Below the pieces are notes generated by a model, which worked only from the letters and a program-made list of their open reading frames with translations, had not been told where the DNA came from and searched no databases. From the NCBI GenBank assembly GCA_030584065.1, contig CP129489.1, forward strand, positions 1,777,497-1,841,496: a stretch of 64,000 bases of DNA, given 5' to 3'. This document shows positions 29,891-41,419 of the stretch, in pieces. Every line of letters begins with the position of its first letter. The stretch's first letter is position 1. This DNA is from Flavobacteriales bacterium (GTDB lineage: Bacteria > Bacteroidota > Bacteroidia > Flavobacteriales_F > PHOS-HE28). The position numbers and the translations under genes are program-made.

Positions 29891-30044
29891 CGCTCCGGCA
29901 TCCGTAGGCCTCGTACCTCGGCCACGGTCGCTACGGCGGGACTTCGCGCTGCTTAGCATGGTGGTCATCACAAGTCGATCAAGGGCACAACGTAGACCCG
30001 GACGTGCGCATCCACGGTAACGATGTACGTATCGAGCAGCAGCT

Positions 30045-30260
30045 TCATTCCATGTACTCCTTGAAGTCATCCAAGGGTGCATCGAAGTCGTCCGGCACCG
30101 TCACCATGCCCTTGGCCAAGCCGGGCACCGGCGTCTTGCGCTTCTCCTGCGGCTCATTGCCCTGCCGGCGACGCATCAGGAACTCGATGAAGTCGAGCAC
30201 CTGCTGGCGAACATCCTCCGGGAGGGAGGATAGCTGGATGTAGTTGTGCGCCTTGGCCAT
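30045..30260 (-). CDS. DUF2281-family antitoxin (orphan)
   Basis: MAKAHNYIQLSSLPEDVRQQVLDFIEFLMRRRQ...; no toxin gene downstream. Confidence 0.6.
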   Translation of the reverse strand: MAKAHNYIQLSSLPEDVRQQVLDFIEFLMRRRQGNEPQEKRKTPVPGLAKGMVTVPDDFDAPLDDFKEYME

Positions 30261-30281
30261 GACACGAAGATAAGCCCGGAG

Positions 30282-30395
30282 CGGGTCCGGTCACATGTTC
30301 CTCCGGTTCTGACCACCTACCTCGAACAACCTGTCCCGCCTTAGCGGATCGCTTGCGTCAACTGCCCCAGCGAGCAGTCCGTCGTCGCCTTCATC
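30282..30395 (-). repeat. icmF 3'-terminus copy E (degenerate)
   Basis: tcacatgttcctccggttctgaccacctacctcgaaca...cgcttgcgtcaactgccccagcgagcagtccgtcgtcgccttcatcagcac. Confidence 0.7.
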
Positions 30396-30420
30396 AGCAC
30401 GGAGCAGTTGACGCCGATGA

Positions 30421-30861
30421 TCATTTCAAGAACTCGTCCGTGAAGTTCCGCGCGCTCAGTATCCGTGTGTGTCCATAGCTCCGCATCGAGAGCAGGTCGT
30501 CATCGCCGGTGATCAGCAGATCAGCCTTCCCCTTCTTCGCCATCAGCAGCAGATAGTCATCCTTGGGGTCGCGGGAGAGGGGAGCCTGGCCGGTGGACCG
30601 CACCTCCACGGATTCCCCAGCTTCCGCCAGGGCGAGGATCAGTTGATGGGCGAACTCTACAGGGAAATGCTTGCGGAACCTCGCTCGTGCGGCCACATCC
30701 AGCAGCTCGGCCAGTAGTTGGGGGCTCACCAGCAGAACGAAGTCGCTGTGGCGCAAGGCAGCCACGAAGCCTCCCAGCCGCTTGCCGATCAGGAAGCTGA
30801 TGAGCACGTTGACGTCAACGACGACGCGCAGCGCGGCTCGCTTCCTTTTTGGCGGCGGCAT
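30421..30861 (-). CDS. PIN-domain toxin (putative toxin-antitoxin system toxin component, PIN family)
   Basis: VVDVNVLISFLIG...DDYLLLMAKKGKADLLITGDDDLL (the PIN acidic residues). Confidence 0.75.
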   Translation of the reverse strand: MPPPKRKRAALRVVVDVNVLISFLIGKRLGGFVAALRHSDFVLLVSPQLLAELLDVAARARFRKHFPVEFAHQLILALAEAGESVEVRSTGQAPLSRDPKDDYLLLMAKKGKADLLITGDDDLLSMRSYGHTRILSARNFTDEFLK

Positions 30862-31078
30862 AACGTTGGGCCCTTACGATATCCACCTCCTTGCGGATGG
30901 TCTCTTCATCGATGTCCACGCCCTTGAGCTTGGACATGAGTTCCTCCAGCCGGTCGAGCGCGCGTTCCCGCTCCAAGGCCTTGACCAGGGCCGCCTTCTT
31001 TTTCTCAGGCAATTGCTTGGCCAGCTCCACCACCTGGTCGGGGGTGAGATCGATACGGAATCCGCGGTCGAATGACAT
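30815..31078 (-). CDS. cognate antitoxin of the PIN toxin (small coiled-coil/RHH-like protein)
   Basis: MSFDRGFRIDLTPDQVVELAKQLPEKKKAALVKALERERALDRLEEL...; overlaps the PIN ORF start. Confidence 0.5.
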   Translation of the reverse strand: MSFDRGFRIDLTPDQVVELAKQLPEKKKAALVKALERERALDRLEELMSKLKGVDIDEETIRKEVDIVRAQRYAAAKKEASRAARRR

Positions 31079-31104
31079 GACCCAAAGATAAGCGATGCCC
31101 GGCC

Positions 31105-31215
31105 TTACATGTTCCTTCTGTACTGCCCACCCACCTCGAATCCCGCTCGTATGCCCGTACGCCTCGTTCCTCGGCAACGGTCATAACGGCGGGACTTCGC
31201 GCTGCTCAGCATACG
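31105..31215 (-). repeat. icmF 3'-terminus copy F (internally deleted version of copy D)
   Basis: ttacatgttccttctgtactgcccacccacctcgaa, then a post-divergence segment shared with copy D (...cggcgggacttcgcgctgct.agcat...). Confidence 0.7.
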
Positions 31216-31737
31216 CCTCATCACATATTACGTCGGTACTGTCCACCGACCTCAAACATAGCGGCGGTGAGCTGCCCCAGCGAACAATACTTCGTCGCCT
31301 CCATCAGCACCGCGAACATATTCTGGTTCCTGATCGCCGCCTGCTGAAGATCCTTGATCGCCTTGGCCGCCTCTGCCGAGTATGCCTGCTTCAAGTTCTC
31401 GACGGTGGCGATCTGCGCCTCCTTCTCCTCCTCGGTGGCGCGGATCACCTCCTTGGGCAGGATGGTGGGCGAGCCCTTGCTGCTGAGGAAGGTGTTCACG
31501 CCGATGATGGGGTATTCGCCGGTGTGCTTCAACGTTTCGTAGTAGAGGCTTTCCTCCTGGATGCGGCTGCGCTGGTACATGGTCTCCATGGCGCCCAGCA
31601 CGCCGCCGCGCTCGGTGATGCGATCGAACTCGGCCAAGACGGCCTCCTCCACCAGGTCGGTGAGCTCTTCGATGATGAAGCTGCCTTGCAGCGGGTTCTC
31701 GTTCTTGGCCAGGCCGAGCTCCTTGTTGATGATGAGC

Positions 31738-31930
31738 TCTTGGGTACCACACCGCACCCCGTTCCGGCGCCATCCGCCTTCGGCGGCCCCTTCGGGCGGG
31801 CGCGCTCGTCCGGCCATGCTGCGTTGCTCGTCGGTCGGCTACCTCGTGGTAGCCTCCCTTCCTCGCGCCTTGCCTGGCCGAACGATCATCGCCCGTGGCA
31901 TCCGTTCGGGGCACGGCGTGGTACCCTGTG
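31738..31930. repeat. MITE-like ~190-bp insert 1 (terminal inverted repeats GGGTACCAC / GTGGTACCC; core GCTACCTCGTGGTAGCCTC...CTGGCCGAACGATC...TGGCATC)
   Basis: Present in copy C between 'gatgatgagct' and 'ggccatggcgcgg'; absent from the intact icmF at 43730-43800. Confidence 0.65.
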
Positions 31931-32185
31931 GCCATGGCGCGGCGCACGCTTTCCTCGGTGCCTGAGCCTGCCCCGGCCTCCGAGCCGGGGTGGTGATGGC
32001 CTCGTCGTAGGCGTTGGTGTGCAGGCTGTTGCAGTTGTCGTAGATGGCGTAGAGCGCCTGCAACGTGGTGCGGATGTCGTTGAAGTCGATCTCCTGCGCG
32101 TGGAGGCTGCGGCCGCTGGTCTGGATGTGGTACTTCAGCATCTGGCTGCGCTCGTCGGCGCCGTAGCGGTGCTTGAGCGCCTTGG

Positions 32186-32382
32186 CCCGTTGGGTGCCAC
32201 GAAGTCCACCGAGCAGCGCCACTGCGGTGTAGCCGCTGCCCTTCGGGTGAGCGCCGCTCATTCGCCCATACTTCGTTGCTTCCTCAGTCAGCTACCTATG
32301 GGTAGCCTCTCTTCGTCGCGCCTCGTCTGGCCGAACGATCGTCACTCATGGCATCTGCCCGGCGAACTCCGAGGCACCCCGG
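32186..32382. repeat. MITE-like ~195-bp insert 2, same family as insert 1
   Basis: ...GCTACCTATGGGTAGCCTCTCTTCGTCGCGCCTCGTCTGGCCGAACGATCGTCACTCATGGCATCTGCCCGG...; absent from the intact icmF at 43985-44000. Confidence 0.65.
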
Positions 32383-32942
32383 CGGCGCGCCACGCGGCCC
32401 ATCACGGCGTACTCGGGGTCCATGCCGTTGCTGAAGAAGAAGCTCAGGTTGGGCGCGAAGGCGTTGATGTCCATGCCCCGGCTCAGGTAGTACTCCACGT
32501 AGGTGAAGCCGTTGGCCAAGGTGAAGGCAAGCTGGCTGATGGGGTTGGCGCCGGCCTCCGCGATGTGGTAGCCGCTGATGCTGACGCTGTAGAAGTTGCG
32601 GACCTTCTTGTCGATGAAGTATTGCTGCACATCGCCCATCAAGCGCAACGCGAACCTGCCTGTCCGGTAGGCAGGCTCGGTGCTGAAGATCGTTGTTCTG
32701 CGCCTGGTGGTTATGCCCGCCCTGAGCTTGTCGAAGGGTTGGGCGTGCCCCCTCGCAAAAGCCTCGGGGTCGCGTGCTTCGCTTTAGCCGGACTTGTCAG
32801 GGCCAGCATCCACGGCGCTGCGGGGTCCTCCTTCGTCGGCCTCCTCGCTGCTCGTGGTTGCAAGGCCCTTCCAGCGCCGGGCTGCCGCTTCGCCCGCTCA
32901 CGCAGATCCATTGTACCACGTTGAACGTGTACTTTTGTCCCA

Positions 32943-33299
32943 ATGCGCCGCCTCCTCTTCCTCCTAACCCTTGCCCTTTATGGCTATAGCGCCATGGATA
33001 TGCGCGAGTGGGTGCGAGTGCCGCAAGTGGTACTTCATATGCTGGAGCACCACAGCGATCTGGGCCACCATGACGAGGAAGGCTCGGACCATGAGCACGG
33101 TACCGGCCACGACCACATGCCCTTCGATTGTGATTGCCATGGCGAGTTCTGCGCATGCAGCGGCACGGTGGCCTTGTCCACTGAACCACAAGCCGCGCTG
33201 ATCTCGCTTGTTCCGCTCACCGCCACCTTGGGTGCCGCTGAACTTCCCATCGCTTCGGGTGCGTTCTCGGGCAACGTGTGGAACCCGCCCAAAGCCTGA
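32943..33299 (+). CDS. His/Cys-rich small putative metal-binding protein (signal or anchor helix at N-terminus)
   Basis: ...HHSDLGHHDEEGSDHEHGTGHDHMPFDCDCHGEFCACSG... Confidence 0.45.
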   Translation: MRRLLFLLTLALYGYSAMDMREWVRVPQVVLHMLEHHSDLGHHDEEGSDHEHGTGHDHMPFDCDCHGEFCACSGTVALSTEPQAALISLVPLTATLGAAELPIASGAFSGNVWNPPKA

Positions 33300-33405
33300 G
33301 TTGCCGCCACGTGCGGTAGTTCCTGCCTGTTCCGCCTGAGCGGATCGGGCTTGTCCGCGTTCCCGCGAACGCATTCCATTTCGTTCCATCTCGAAGTCAT
33401 TTCCC

Positions 33406-36400
33406 ATGATCGACCGGATCATCAAGTTCTCCATCCACAACAAGGCCATCATCGGGCTGTTCACGCTCGTGCTGGTGCTTTACGGGGCGTACTCGCTCAC
33501 GCAATTGCCGATCGATGCGGTACCCGACATCACCAACAACCAGGTGCAGGTGATCACCACCACGCCTACGCTGGCCGCGCAGGAGGTGGAACAGTTCGTT
33601 ACCGCGCCCATCGAGCGGGCCATGGCCAGCCTGCCCGATCTGGTGGAGATCCGCTCCATCAGCCGCTTCGGGCTAAGTCTTGTGACCATCGTATTCGATG
33701 AGGACGTGGACGTGTACTTCGCCCGCACCTTGGTGGACCAGCGCCTGGGCGAGGCCGCCGCACTGATACCGCCCGGGGTGGGCACACCGACCATGGCCCC
33801 GGTAAGCACCGGGTTGGGCGAGGTGTACCAATACGTGCTGCACCCCAAGGAAGGGTACGAGGGCACCTTCAGCCCCAGCGAGCTGCGCACCATCCAGGAA
33901 TGGATCGTAGTGCGGCAGCTGTTGGGCACACCCGGTGTGGCCGAGGTGAACAGCTACGGCGGCGAGGTGAAGCAGTACGAGGTGAGCGTGGACCCCAAGC
34001 GCTTGCAAAGCATGGGCGTCACCATCGGTGAGCTACTGCTCGCGTTGGAGAGCAACAACGAGAACACCGGCGGCGCCTACATCGAGAAACGGCCCAACAG
34101 CTACAGCATCCGGGGCGAAGGACTGCTGCGCACGCTGGACGACATCCGCAAGGTGGTGGTGAAGATCCCGCCCGGCGGTGTGCCGCTCCTGGTGGGCGAT
34201 GTGGCCGAGGTGGGCTTCGGTGCGGCCCCGCGCTACGGTGCGCTCACCCGCAATGGCGAAGGCGAAGCGGTGGGCGGCACGGTGATGATGCTGAAGGGTG
34301 GCAACAGCGCCGAAGTGGTGAAGGCTATTGAAGCGCGCATACCGAACGTGCAGAAGGCCCTGCCGGAAGGGCTGATGATCGAACCCTATCTGGTGCGCAG
34401 CGAACTGGTGGGGCGGGCCATCGGCACGGTGAAGACGAACCTGATCGAGGGCGCGTTGATCGTGATCTTCGTGCTGGTGCTCTTTCTAGGAAATTGGCGC
34501 GCGGGCCTCATCGTGGCCTCGGTGATCCCACTGTGCATGCTCTTCGCCATCATCCTCATGAACGCCTTCGGCGTCAGCGGCAATTTGATGTCGCTTGGTG
34601 CCATCGATTTCGGATTGATCGTGGACGGCGCCGTGATCATCGTGGAGGCCACCCTGCACCACCTGCATGCGCGCTTCAAGGGAAGGATCCTTACCCGCGA
34701 GGAGATGGACCGCGAGGTTTTCGTGAGCGCCAGCAAGATCCGGACGAGCGCGGCCTTCGGCGAGATCATCATCCTGATCGTGTACATCCCCATCCTCACA
34801 CTGGTGGGCATCGAGGGCAAGATGTTCCGCCCCATGGCCATCACCGTCAGCTTCGCCATCCTGGGTGCCCTGTTGCTCTCGCTCACCTATGTGCCCATGA
34901 TGAGCGCGCTGGTGCTGCCGCGCAACACGGCGCACAAACCCAACTTCAGCGACCGCATGATGGACCGTTTCCAGAAGTGGTACGATCCCATCATCGGCTT
35001 CGCCTTGCGCAACCGGATCAAGACCGTGGGTGTGGCCGTGGCGCTCTTCATCAGCTCGGTCTTCCTGTTCGCACGCATGGGCGGCGAGTTCATTCCCACC
35101 TTGGAAGAGGGCGACTTCGCCTTCCACAGCATCCTGCCGCAGGGCGCATCGCTCAGCCAGAGCATCGCCAACAACGCCAAGGTGGAGAAGATCCTGCTGC
35201 AATTCCCGGAGGTGAAGCAGGTGGTGGGACGCACCGGCAGCGCCGAGATCCCCACGGACCCCATGCCCCCCGAAGCCACGGACCTCATGATCATCTTGAA
35301 GGACAAGGACGAATGGACCACCGCGCACGACCGCGAGGCTTTGCAGGACACCATGCTGCAAGCCTTGAGGCAGGTACCCGGCGTGTTCTACGAAGCCACC
35401 CAACCCATCCAGATGCGCTTCAACGAATTGATGACCGGCATACGGCAGGACGTGGCCGTGAAGATCTACGGTGAGAACATGGACACCCTCGCGGTGATCG
35501 CGAACAAGGTGGCGGCGATCATCGGCGAAGTGCAAGGTGCGGGTGAACCGCAGGTGGAAAAGGTGGTGGGCCTGCCACAGATCACCATCACCTACGATCG
35601 TGCACGGGTAGCGCAGTACGGCCTCAACATCCGCGAACTGAACCGCACCGTGCGCACGGCCTTCGCGGGCGAGGCCACCGGCGTCATCTACGAGAACGAG
35701 CGCCGCTTCGATCTGGTGGTGCGCCTCGGTGACCAACAGCGGCAGAGCATCGACGATGTGCGCACCCTCTTCGTGGCGCTGCCCGGTGGCGGACAGATCC
35801 AGTTGCAGCAGGTGGCCGATGTGTCCTTGACACCCGGCCCGGCCCAGATCAGCCGGGAGGATGCCAAGCGCCGCATCGCCGTGGGCGTGAACATCCGTGG
35901 CCGTGACGTGGAAAGCTTCGTGGAAGAGCTCCAAGGCCGCATCGATGCCGAAGTGCCAATGCCCGCGGCCTACTACTACACCTTCGGCGGCACCTTCGAG
36001 AACCTGCAGGCAGCTAGCAAACGCCTGATGCTGGCGGTGCCCATCGCGCTGGCCCTCATCTTCCTGCTGCTCTTCTTCACCTTCAACAGCGTGAAGCGCG
36101 CCCTGCTGATCTACACCGCCATCCCCATGAGCGCCATCGGCGGTGTGCTTGCGCTCATGGCGCGCGGCATGCCCTTCAGCATCAGCGCGGGCGTGGGCTT
36201 CATCGCGCTCTTCGGCGTGGCGGTGCTCAACGGCATCGTCCTCATCGCCACCTTCGACCAACTGGAAAAGGAAGGCATCAGCGACCTGAAGGAGCGCGTG
36301 TTGAAAGGTACCCGCACACGGCTGCGTCCCGTGCTGATGACGGCGGCGGTGGCCTCGCTCGGTTTCCTGCCCATGGCCTTGAGCGGCAACGCGGGCGCGG

Positions 36401-37728
36401 AAGTGCAACGCCCCCTGGCCACGGTGGTGATCGGTGGCCTCATCACCGCCACGGCCCTCACCCTCATGGTGCTGCCGGTGCTTTACCTGCTCTTCATGGG
36501 CGGAGGCAGGAGGCGCAACGATGCCAATGGCGGCAAGGCGAACGCACCGCTGATCGTCGCGACCGTGCTGTTGATCATGATCGGCGGCACCAGCAGCGCA
36601 CAGGAACCGATGCCGATGGACACGGCGATCGCACGCGCCTTGCGCACCCATCCGAGCATGACCGCTGCGGAACTGCGTGTGCAGGAACAGGATGCCCTGC
36701 GTGGCACGGCCTTCGGGCTGCAGCCGCTCAACGCGCAATTCTCCCATGGCCAGACCCAGGGGCCGTATCCCAAGGACATTATCCTGGAAGCCAATACCGG
36801 GTTCGCATTTCCCACCACCATTGCCCGACGCGCGGCCTACCTGAAGGAAAGCCTGCACCTTGCGGAGAACGAAAAGCTGAACACGGCGGCCTACGTGAAG
36901 GAGAGCGCGGGAGGGGCCTACCTGCAATGGGCCATGGGCCTTGAACAGGTGCGTATCCTGCAACAGCTGGACAGCGCGTACGCATCCATGGCGGCCTTCG
37001 CGCTGCAGCGCTTCGAGCTCGGTGAGACCGGCCGCTTGGAAAGCACCAGTGCGCAAAGCCGCGCCGAGCAGGTGAAGGTGCGCTTGCGCCAGGCACAGGC
37101 TGATCTGGTGGCCTACCAGGTGGAAGTAGAACGCTGGACGGGCCCGCTCAGTGGTGCCGTGCCGGTGCCCGAGGAATTGCTCAACACCGCACGAGCGCCG
37201 GATCCCGGCGGCGGCAACGACCCGCTCCTGCTCTCCTTGCAGCAGCGCACGCAGGTGGCCGAGGCCGAATGGAAACTGCAACGCAGCCAATGGGCACCCA
37301 GCCTGCAGGGCGGCGGCTTCTACCAGACCTTCGATGGCACGTCGCCCTTTTCGGGCTTCCTCATCGGTGCTTCGATCCCCCTGCCCGGCAGCGGCCAGGG
37401 CGGTCGCACCTCGGCGGCACGTTTGCGCAGCGAGATCGCCGCGCAGGAACTGGAAGCCGCACGCCGACAGCGCAGCAGCGAGCGCGCCACCACGCAGGCG
37501 CAGCTCACTCAATTGCGCGAGAGCCTCGCCTTCTATGAAAGCACCGGTGCCGCGCTGGGTGCTACCCTGCGCGACGATGCCCTGCGTGCCTATCGCGCGG
37601 GCGAAGCCGACTACTTCCAATTCACTCAAGGCATCGAGCAGGCCTTTCAACTCAACGCCGAGCACCTGCGCGTGCGTTACGAGCTCGCACTTACCGTCCT
37701 CCACCTCCGTGCCCTCAATGGGCTCTAA
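33406..37728 (+). CDS. czcA: CzcA/CusA-family heavy-metal RND pump fused in frame to a TolC/CzcC-type outer-membrane factor (1440 aa, no stop between them)
   Basis: Residues 1-~1030 are a typical HME-RND (12 TM helices, two large loops). Then ...VLPVLYLLFMGGGRRRNDANGGKANAPLIVATVLLIMIGGTSSAQEP... (a signal-peptide-like segment) and ~400 aa of OMF repeats. Confidence 0.8.
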   Translation: MIDRIIKFSIHNKAIIGLFTLVLVLYGAYSLTQLPIDAVPDITNNQVQVITTTPTLAAQEVEQFVTAPIERAMASLPDLVEIRSISRFGLSLVTIVFDEDVDVYFARTLVDQRLGEAAALIPPGVGTPTMAPVSTGLGEVYQYVLHPKEGYEGTFSPSELRTIQEWIVVRQLLGTPGVAEVNSYGGEVKQYEVSVDPKRLQSMGVTIGELLLALESNNENTGGAYIEKRPNSYSIRGEGLLRTLDDIRKVVVKIPPGGVPLLVGDVAEVGFGAAPRYGALTRNGEGEAVGGTVMMLKGGNSAEVVKAIEARIPNVQKALPEGLMIEPYLVRSELVGRAIGTVKTNLIEGALIVIFVLVLFLGNWRAGLIVASVIPLCMLFAIILMNAFGVSGNLMSLGAIDFGLIVDGAVIIVEATLHHLHARFKGRILTREEMDREVFVSASKIRTSAAFGEIIILIVYIPILTLVGIEGKMFRPMAITVSFAILGALLLSLTYVPMMSALVLPRNTAHKPNFSDRMMDRFQKWYDPIIGFALRNRIKTVGVAVALFISSVFLFARMGGEFIPTLEEGDFAFHSILPQGASLSQSIANNAKVEKILLQFPEVKQVVGRTGSAEIPTDPMPPEATDLMIILKDKDEWTTAHDREALQDTMLQALRQVPGVFYEATQPIQMRFNELMTGIRQDVAVKIYGENMDTLAVIANKVAAIIGEVQGAGEPQVEKVVGLPQITITYDRARVAQYGLNIRELNRTVRTAFAGEATGVIYENERRFDLVVRLGDQQRQSIDDVRTLFVALPGGGQIQLQQVADVSLTPGPAQISREDAKRRIAVGVNIRGRDVESFVEELQGRIDAEVPMPAAYYYTFGGTFENLQAASKRLMLAVPIALALIFLLLFFTFNSVKRALLIYTAIPMSAIGGVLALMARGMPFSISAGVGFIALFGVAVLNGIVLIATFDQLEKEGISDLKERVLKGTRTRLRPVLMTAAVASLGFLPMALSGNAGAEVQRPLATVVIGGLITATALTLMVLPVLYLLFMGGGRRRNDANGGKANAPLIVATVLLIMIGGTSSAQEPMPMDTAIARALRTHPSMTAAELRVQEQDALRGTAFGLQPLNAQFSHGQTQGPYPKDIILEANTGFAFPTTIARRAAYLKESLHLAENEKLNTAAYVKESAGGAYLQWAMGLEQVRILQQLDSAYASMAAFALQRFELGETGRLESTSAQSRAEQVKVRLRQAQADLVAYQVEVERWTGPLSGAVPVPEELLNTARAPDPGGGNDPLLLSLQQRTQVAEAEWKLQRSQWAPSLQGGGFYQTFDGTSPFSGFLIGASIPLPGSGQGGRTSAARLRSEIAAQELEAARRQRSSERATTQAQLTQLRESLAFYESTGAALGATLRDDALRAYRAGEADYFQFTQGIEQAFQLNAEHLRVRYELALTVLHLRALNGL

Positions 37729-37740
37729 GACCGCATAGAC

Positions 37741-39120
37741 ATGAAAACGCAACCGATCAACAGCGCTCTTCAGCGCATGCCGAATACGCTCTTTCTGCTC
37801 CTGCTCACCATCGCACTGGCCGCCTGTGGCGGTGGCGCGGCCTCCGGCGAAGAAGAAGGCCATGGCCACGGCGAAGAGGAGGGCCACGGCGGTGGGAGCA
37901 CCGTCACCGTTTCGCCGCAACAATTCGCCGCCATCGAGGGCAAGCTTGGCAAGGTGGAGATGAAGGACCTCACCACCGCCCTCAAGGCCGTCGGCTTTTT
38001 GAAAGTGCCGCCGCAGAACGTCGCCGACATCACCGTGGCCATGGGAGGCACCGTGCGCGAAGTGCTGGTGCAGGAAGGCGACCATGTGAACAAGGGGCAG
38101 GTGCTCGCTACGGTCACCGACCCTTCGATCATCCAACTGCAACGCGACTACCTCGATGCGAAAGCACGACTGGTGTACGCCGAAACGGAATTGGAACGCC
38201 AGACCGAACTGGCCCGCGCCAACGTGAGCGCGCAGAAGACCCTGCAACAGGTCACGGCGGAACACGCCTCCTTGCGGGCCAGCGTGAACGCCCATGCCGA
38301 GCAGTTGCGCCTGATCAACATCGACCCCGAGAAGCTCACTGCCAATGCACTGCGCTCAGCCGCGGGCATCGTAAGCCCCATCGATGGCACCGTGGCGCAC
38401 ATCGCGGTGAACGTGGGAAGCAAGGTGAGCAACGATGCCACAATGTTCCGCGTGGTGAACAACAGCAAGCTCCACGTGGACCTCTTCCTCTACGAACAGG
38501 ACATCGCCTCCGTGAAGGTGGGCCAGACCATCGACCTCAGCCTCACCAACCTGCCGGGCAAGAACTACACGGCCGTGGTCTTCGCCATCGGCAGTGCCTT
38601 CGAACGCGAGACGAAGACGATCCCGGTGCACGCGGAGATCACCGGCGACAAAGTGGGCCTGATCGACGGCATGGGCGTTACCGGGCGCATCAGCGTAGGC
38701 AACGCCACCACCACCGCCGTGCTCACCGAGGCCATCGTGAACATGGAAGGCAAGGACTACGTGTTCATCAGGACCGAAGGTGAAGAGGAGCATGGGCACG
38801 GGCATGATGAAGAGCCCGCGCACAAGGAGGAACCGGCGCACAAACACACCGAAGGGGAAGCACACGATCACGCGAAGGAGAACAAGGCAACCCATGCACA
38901 AGGTGAGGTGCACGAACATGACCATAGCGATGAACATGCGCACGAGGCCGCAACCGGCAGCATGAGCTTCCAACGCATCGAAGTGAAGCGTGGAACGACC
39001 GATGGCGCGTACACAGCAGTAACCTTCCTGCAACCGGTGGACCCGGACGCCGAAGTGGTGACCGGTGGCGCCTACTACCTGATCGCGATGATGAACACGA
39101 GTGAAGGACACGAGCATTAA
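37741..39120 (+). CDS. czcB: efflux RND periplasmic adaptor (CzcB/HlyD family) with His-rich N- and C-terminal tails
   Basis: Lipoyl/beta-barrel MFP fold; EEGHGHGEEEGHGGG and GHGHDEEPAHKEEPAHKHTEGEAHDHAK...VHEHDHSDEHAHE metal-binding tracts. Confidence 0.85.
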   Translation: MKTQPINSALQRMPNTLFLLLLTIALAACGGGAASGEEEGHGHGEEEGHGGGSTVTVSPQQFAAIEGKLGKVEMKDLTTALKAVGFLKVPPQNVADITVAMGGTVREVLVQEGDHVNKGQVLATVTDPSIIQLQRDYLDAKARLVYAETELERQTELARANVSAQKTLQQVTAEHASLRASVNAHAEQLRLINIDPEKLTANALRSAAGIVSPIDGTVAHIAVNVGSKVSNDATMFRVVNNSKLHVDLFLYEQDIASVKVGQTIDLSLTNLPGKNYTAVVFAIGSAFERETKTIPVHAEITGDKVGLIDGMGVTGRISVGNATTTAVLTEAIVNMEGKDYVFIRTEGEEEHGHGHDEEPAHKEEPAHKHTEGEAHDHAKENKATHAQGEVHEHDHSDEHAHEAATGSMSFQRIEVKRGTTDGAYTAVTFLQPVDPDAEVVTGGAYYLIAMMNTSEGHEH

Positions 39121-39124
39121 GATC

Positions 39125-41005
<1,881 letters not shown>

Positions 41006-41038
41006 GGGTTCTGGAACATAACTTGCGTGGCTACGAAC

Positions 41039-41419
41039 ATGAAACAGCTGACCACCCTGCTCTTTGCCTTTTGCACACTGGGCCTATCTGCACAAACCGG
41101 TGCAGTTTCCCCGCCCGCCAAAGGCAAGAAGACCGCCACCATCGCCATCCAGAGCACTGGCATCTGCGATATGTGCGAGAAGACCATCGAGACCGAACTC
41201 GTCTATACCAAGGGCGTGAAGAAGGTGGATGTGGACCTCAGCACCGCTGCCGTGAGCGTGACCTACGATCCGCGCAAGACCGACGCGGACAAATTGCGTG
41301 CAGCACTCACCAAGCTGGGGTACTCCGCTGATGGTACACCGGGTAATGCCTCAGCATTTGCCAAGTTGCCCCAATGCTGCCAGAATGAAGGCTGCGGCAA
41401 GTTGCCGGTGAAGCAATGA
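41039..41419 (+). CDS. secreted HMA-domain (MerP-like) metal-binding protein with variant GICDMCE metal site and C-terminal CCQNEGCG
   Basis: Signal peptide MKQLTTLLFAFCTLGLSAQ; ferredoxin-like HMA fold ...IAIQSTGICDMCEKTIETEL... Confidence 0.65.
   Translation: MKQLTTLLFAFCTLGLSAQTGAVSPPAKGKKTATIAIQSTGICDMCEKTIETELVYTKGVKKVDVDLSTAAVSVTYDPRKTDADKLRAALTKLGYSADGTPGNASAFAKLPQCCQNEGCGKLPVKQ

Larger units (their letters stand above)
31221..32712 (-). pseudogene. icmF 3' copy C: ~1.1 kb diverged homolog of the icmF codon ~820-1185 region, interrupted by two MITE-like inserts and two hairpin inserts
   Basis: Track ORFs 31221..31817, 31839..32261 and 32346..32648 translate to consecutive IcmF C-terminal segments ([13 protein letters not shown]..., ...[31 protein letters not shown]..., ...[29 protein letters not shown]...GGQYRRNM*). 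Confidence 0.85.

Noticed and set aside
29792-32712. The icmF-like fragments as independent mutase paralogs or small-subunit genes
   Set aside because: All are 3'-terminal pieces ending at the native stop, lack starts, and are frameshifted or interrupted by inserts. They behave as att-site remnants, not genes.
36519-36564. AGGAGG-N7-ATG mini-ORF (MPMAARRTHR*) inside the czcA-OMF junction as a real leader peptide
   Set aside because: It is more simply explained as the relic ribosome-binding site and start of a formerly separate outer-membrane-factor gene now out of frame. Ten codons are unsupported as a gene.
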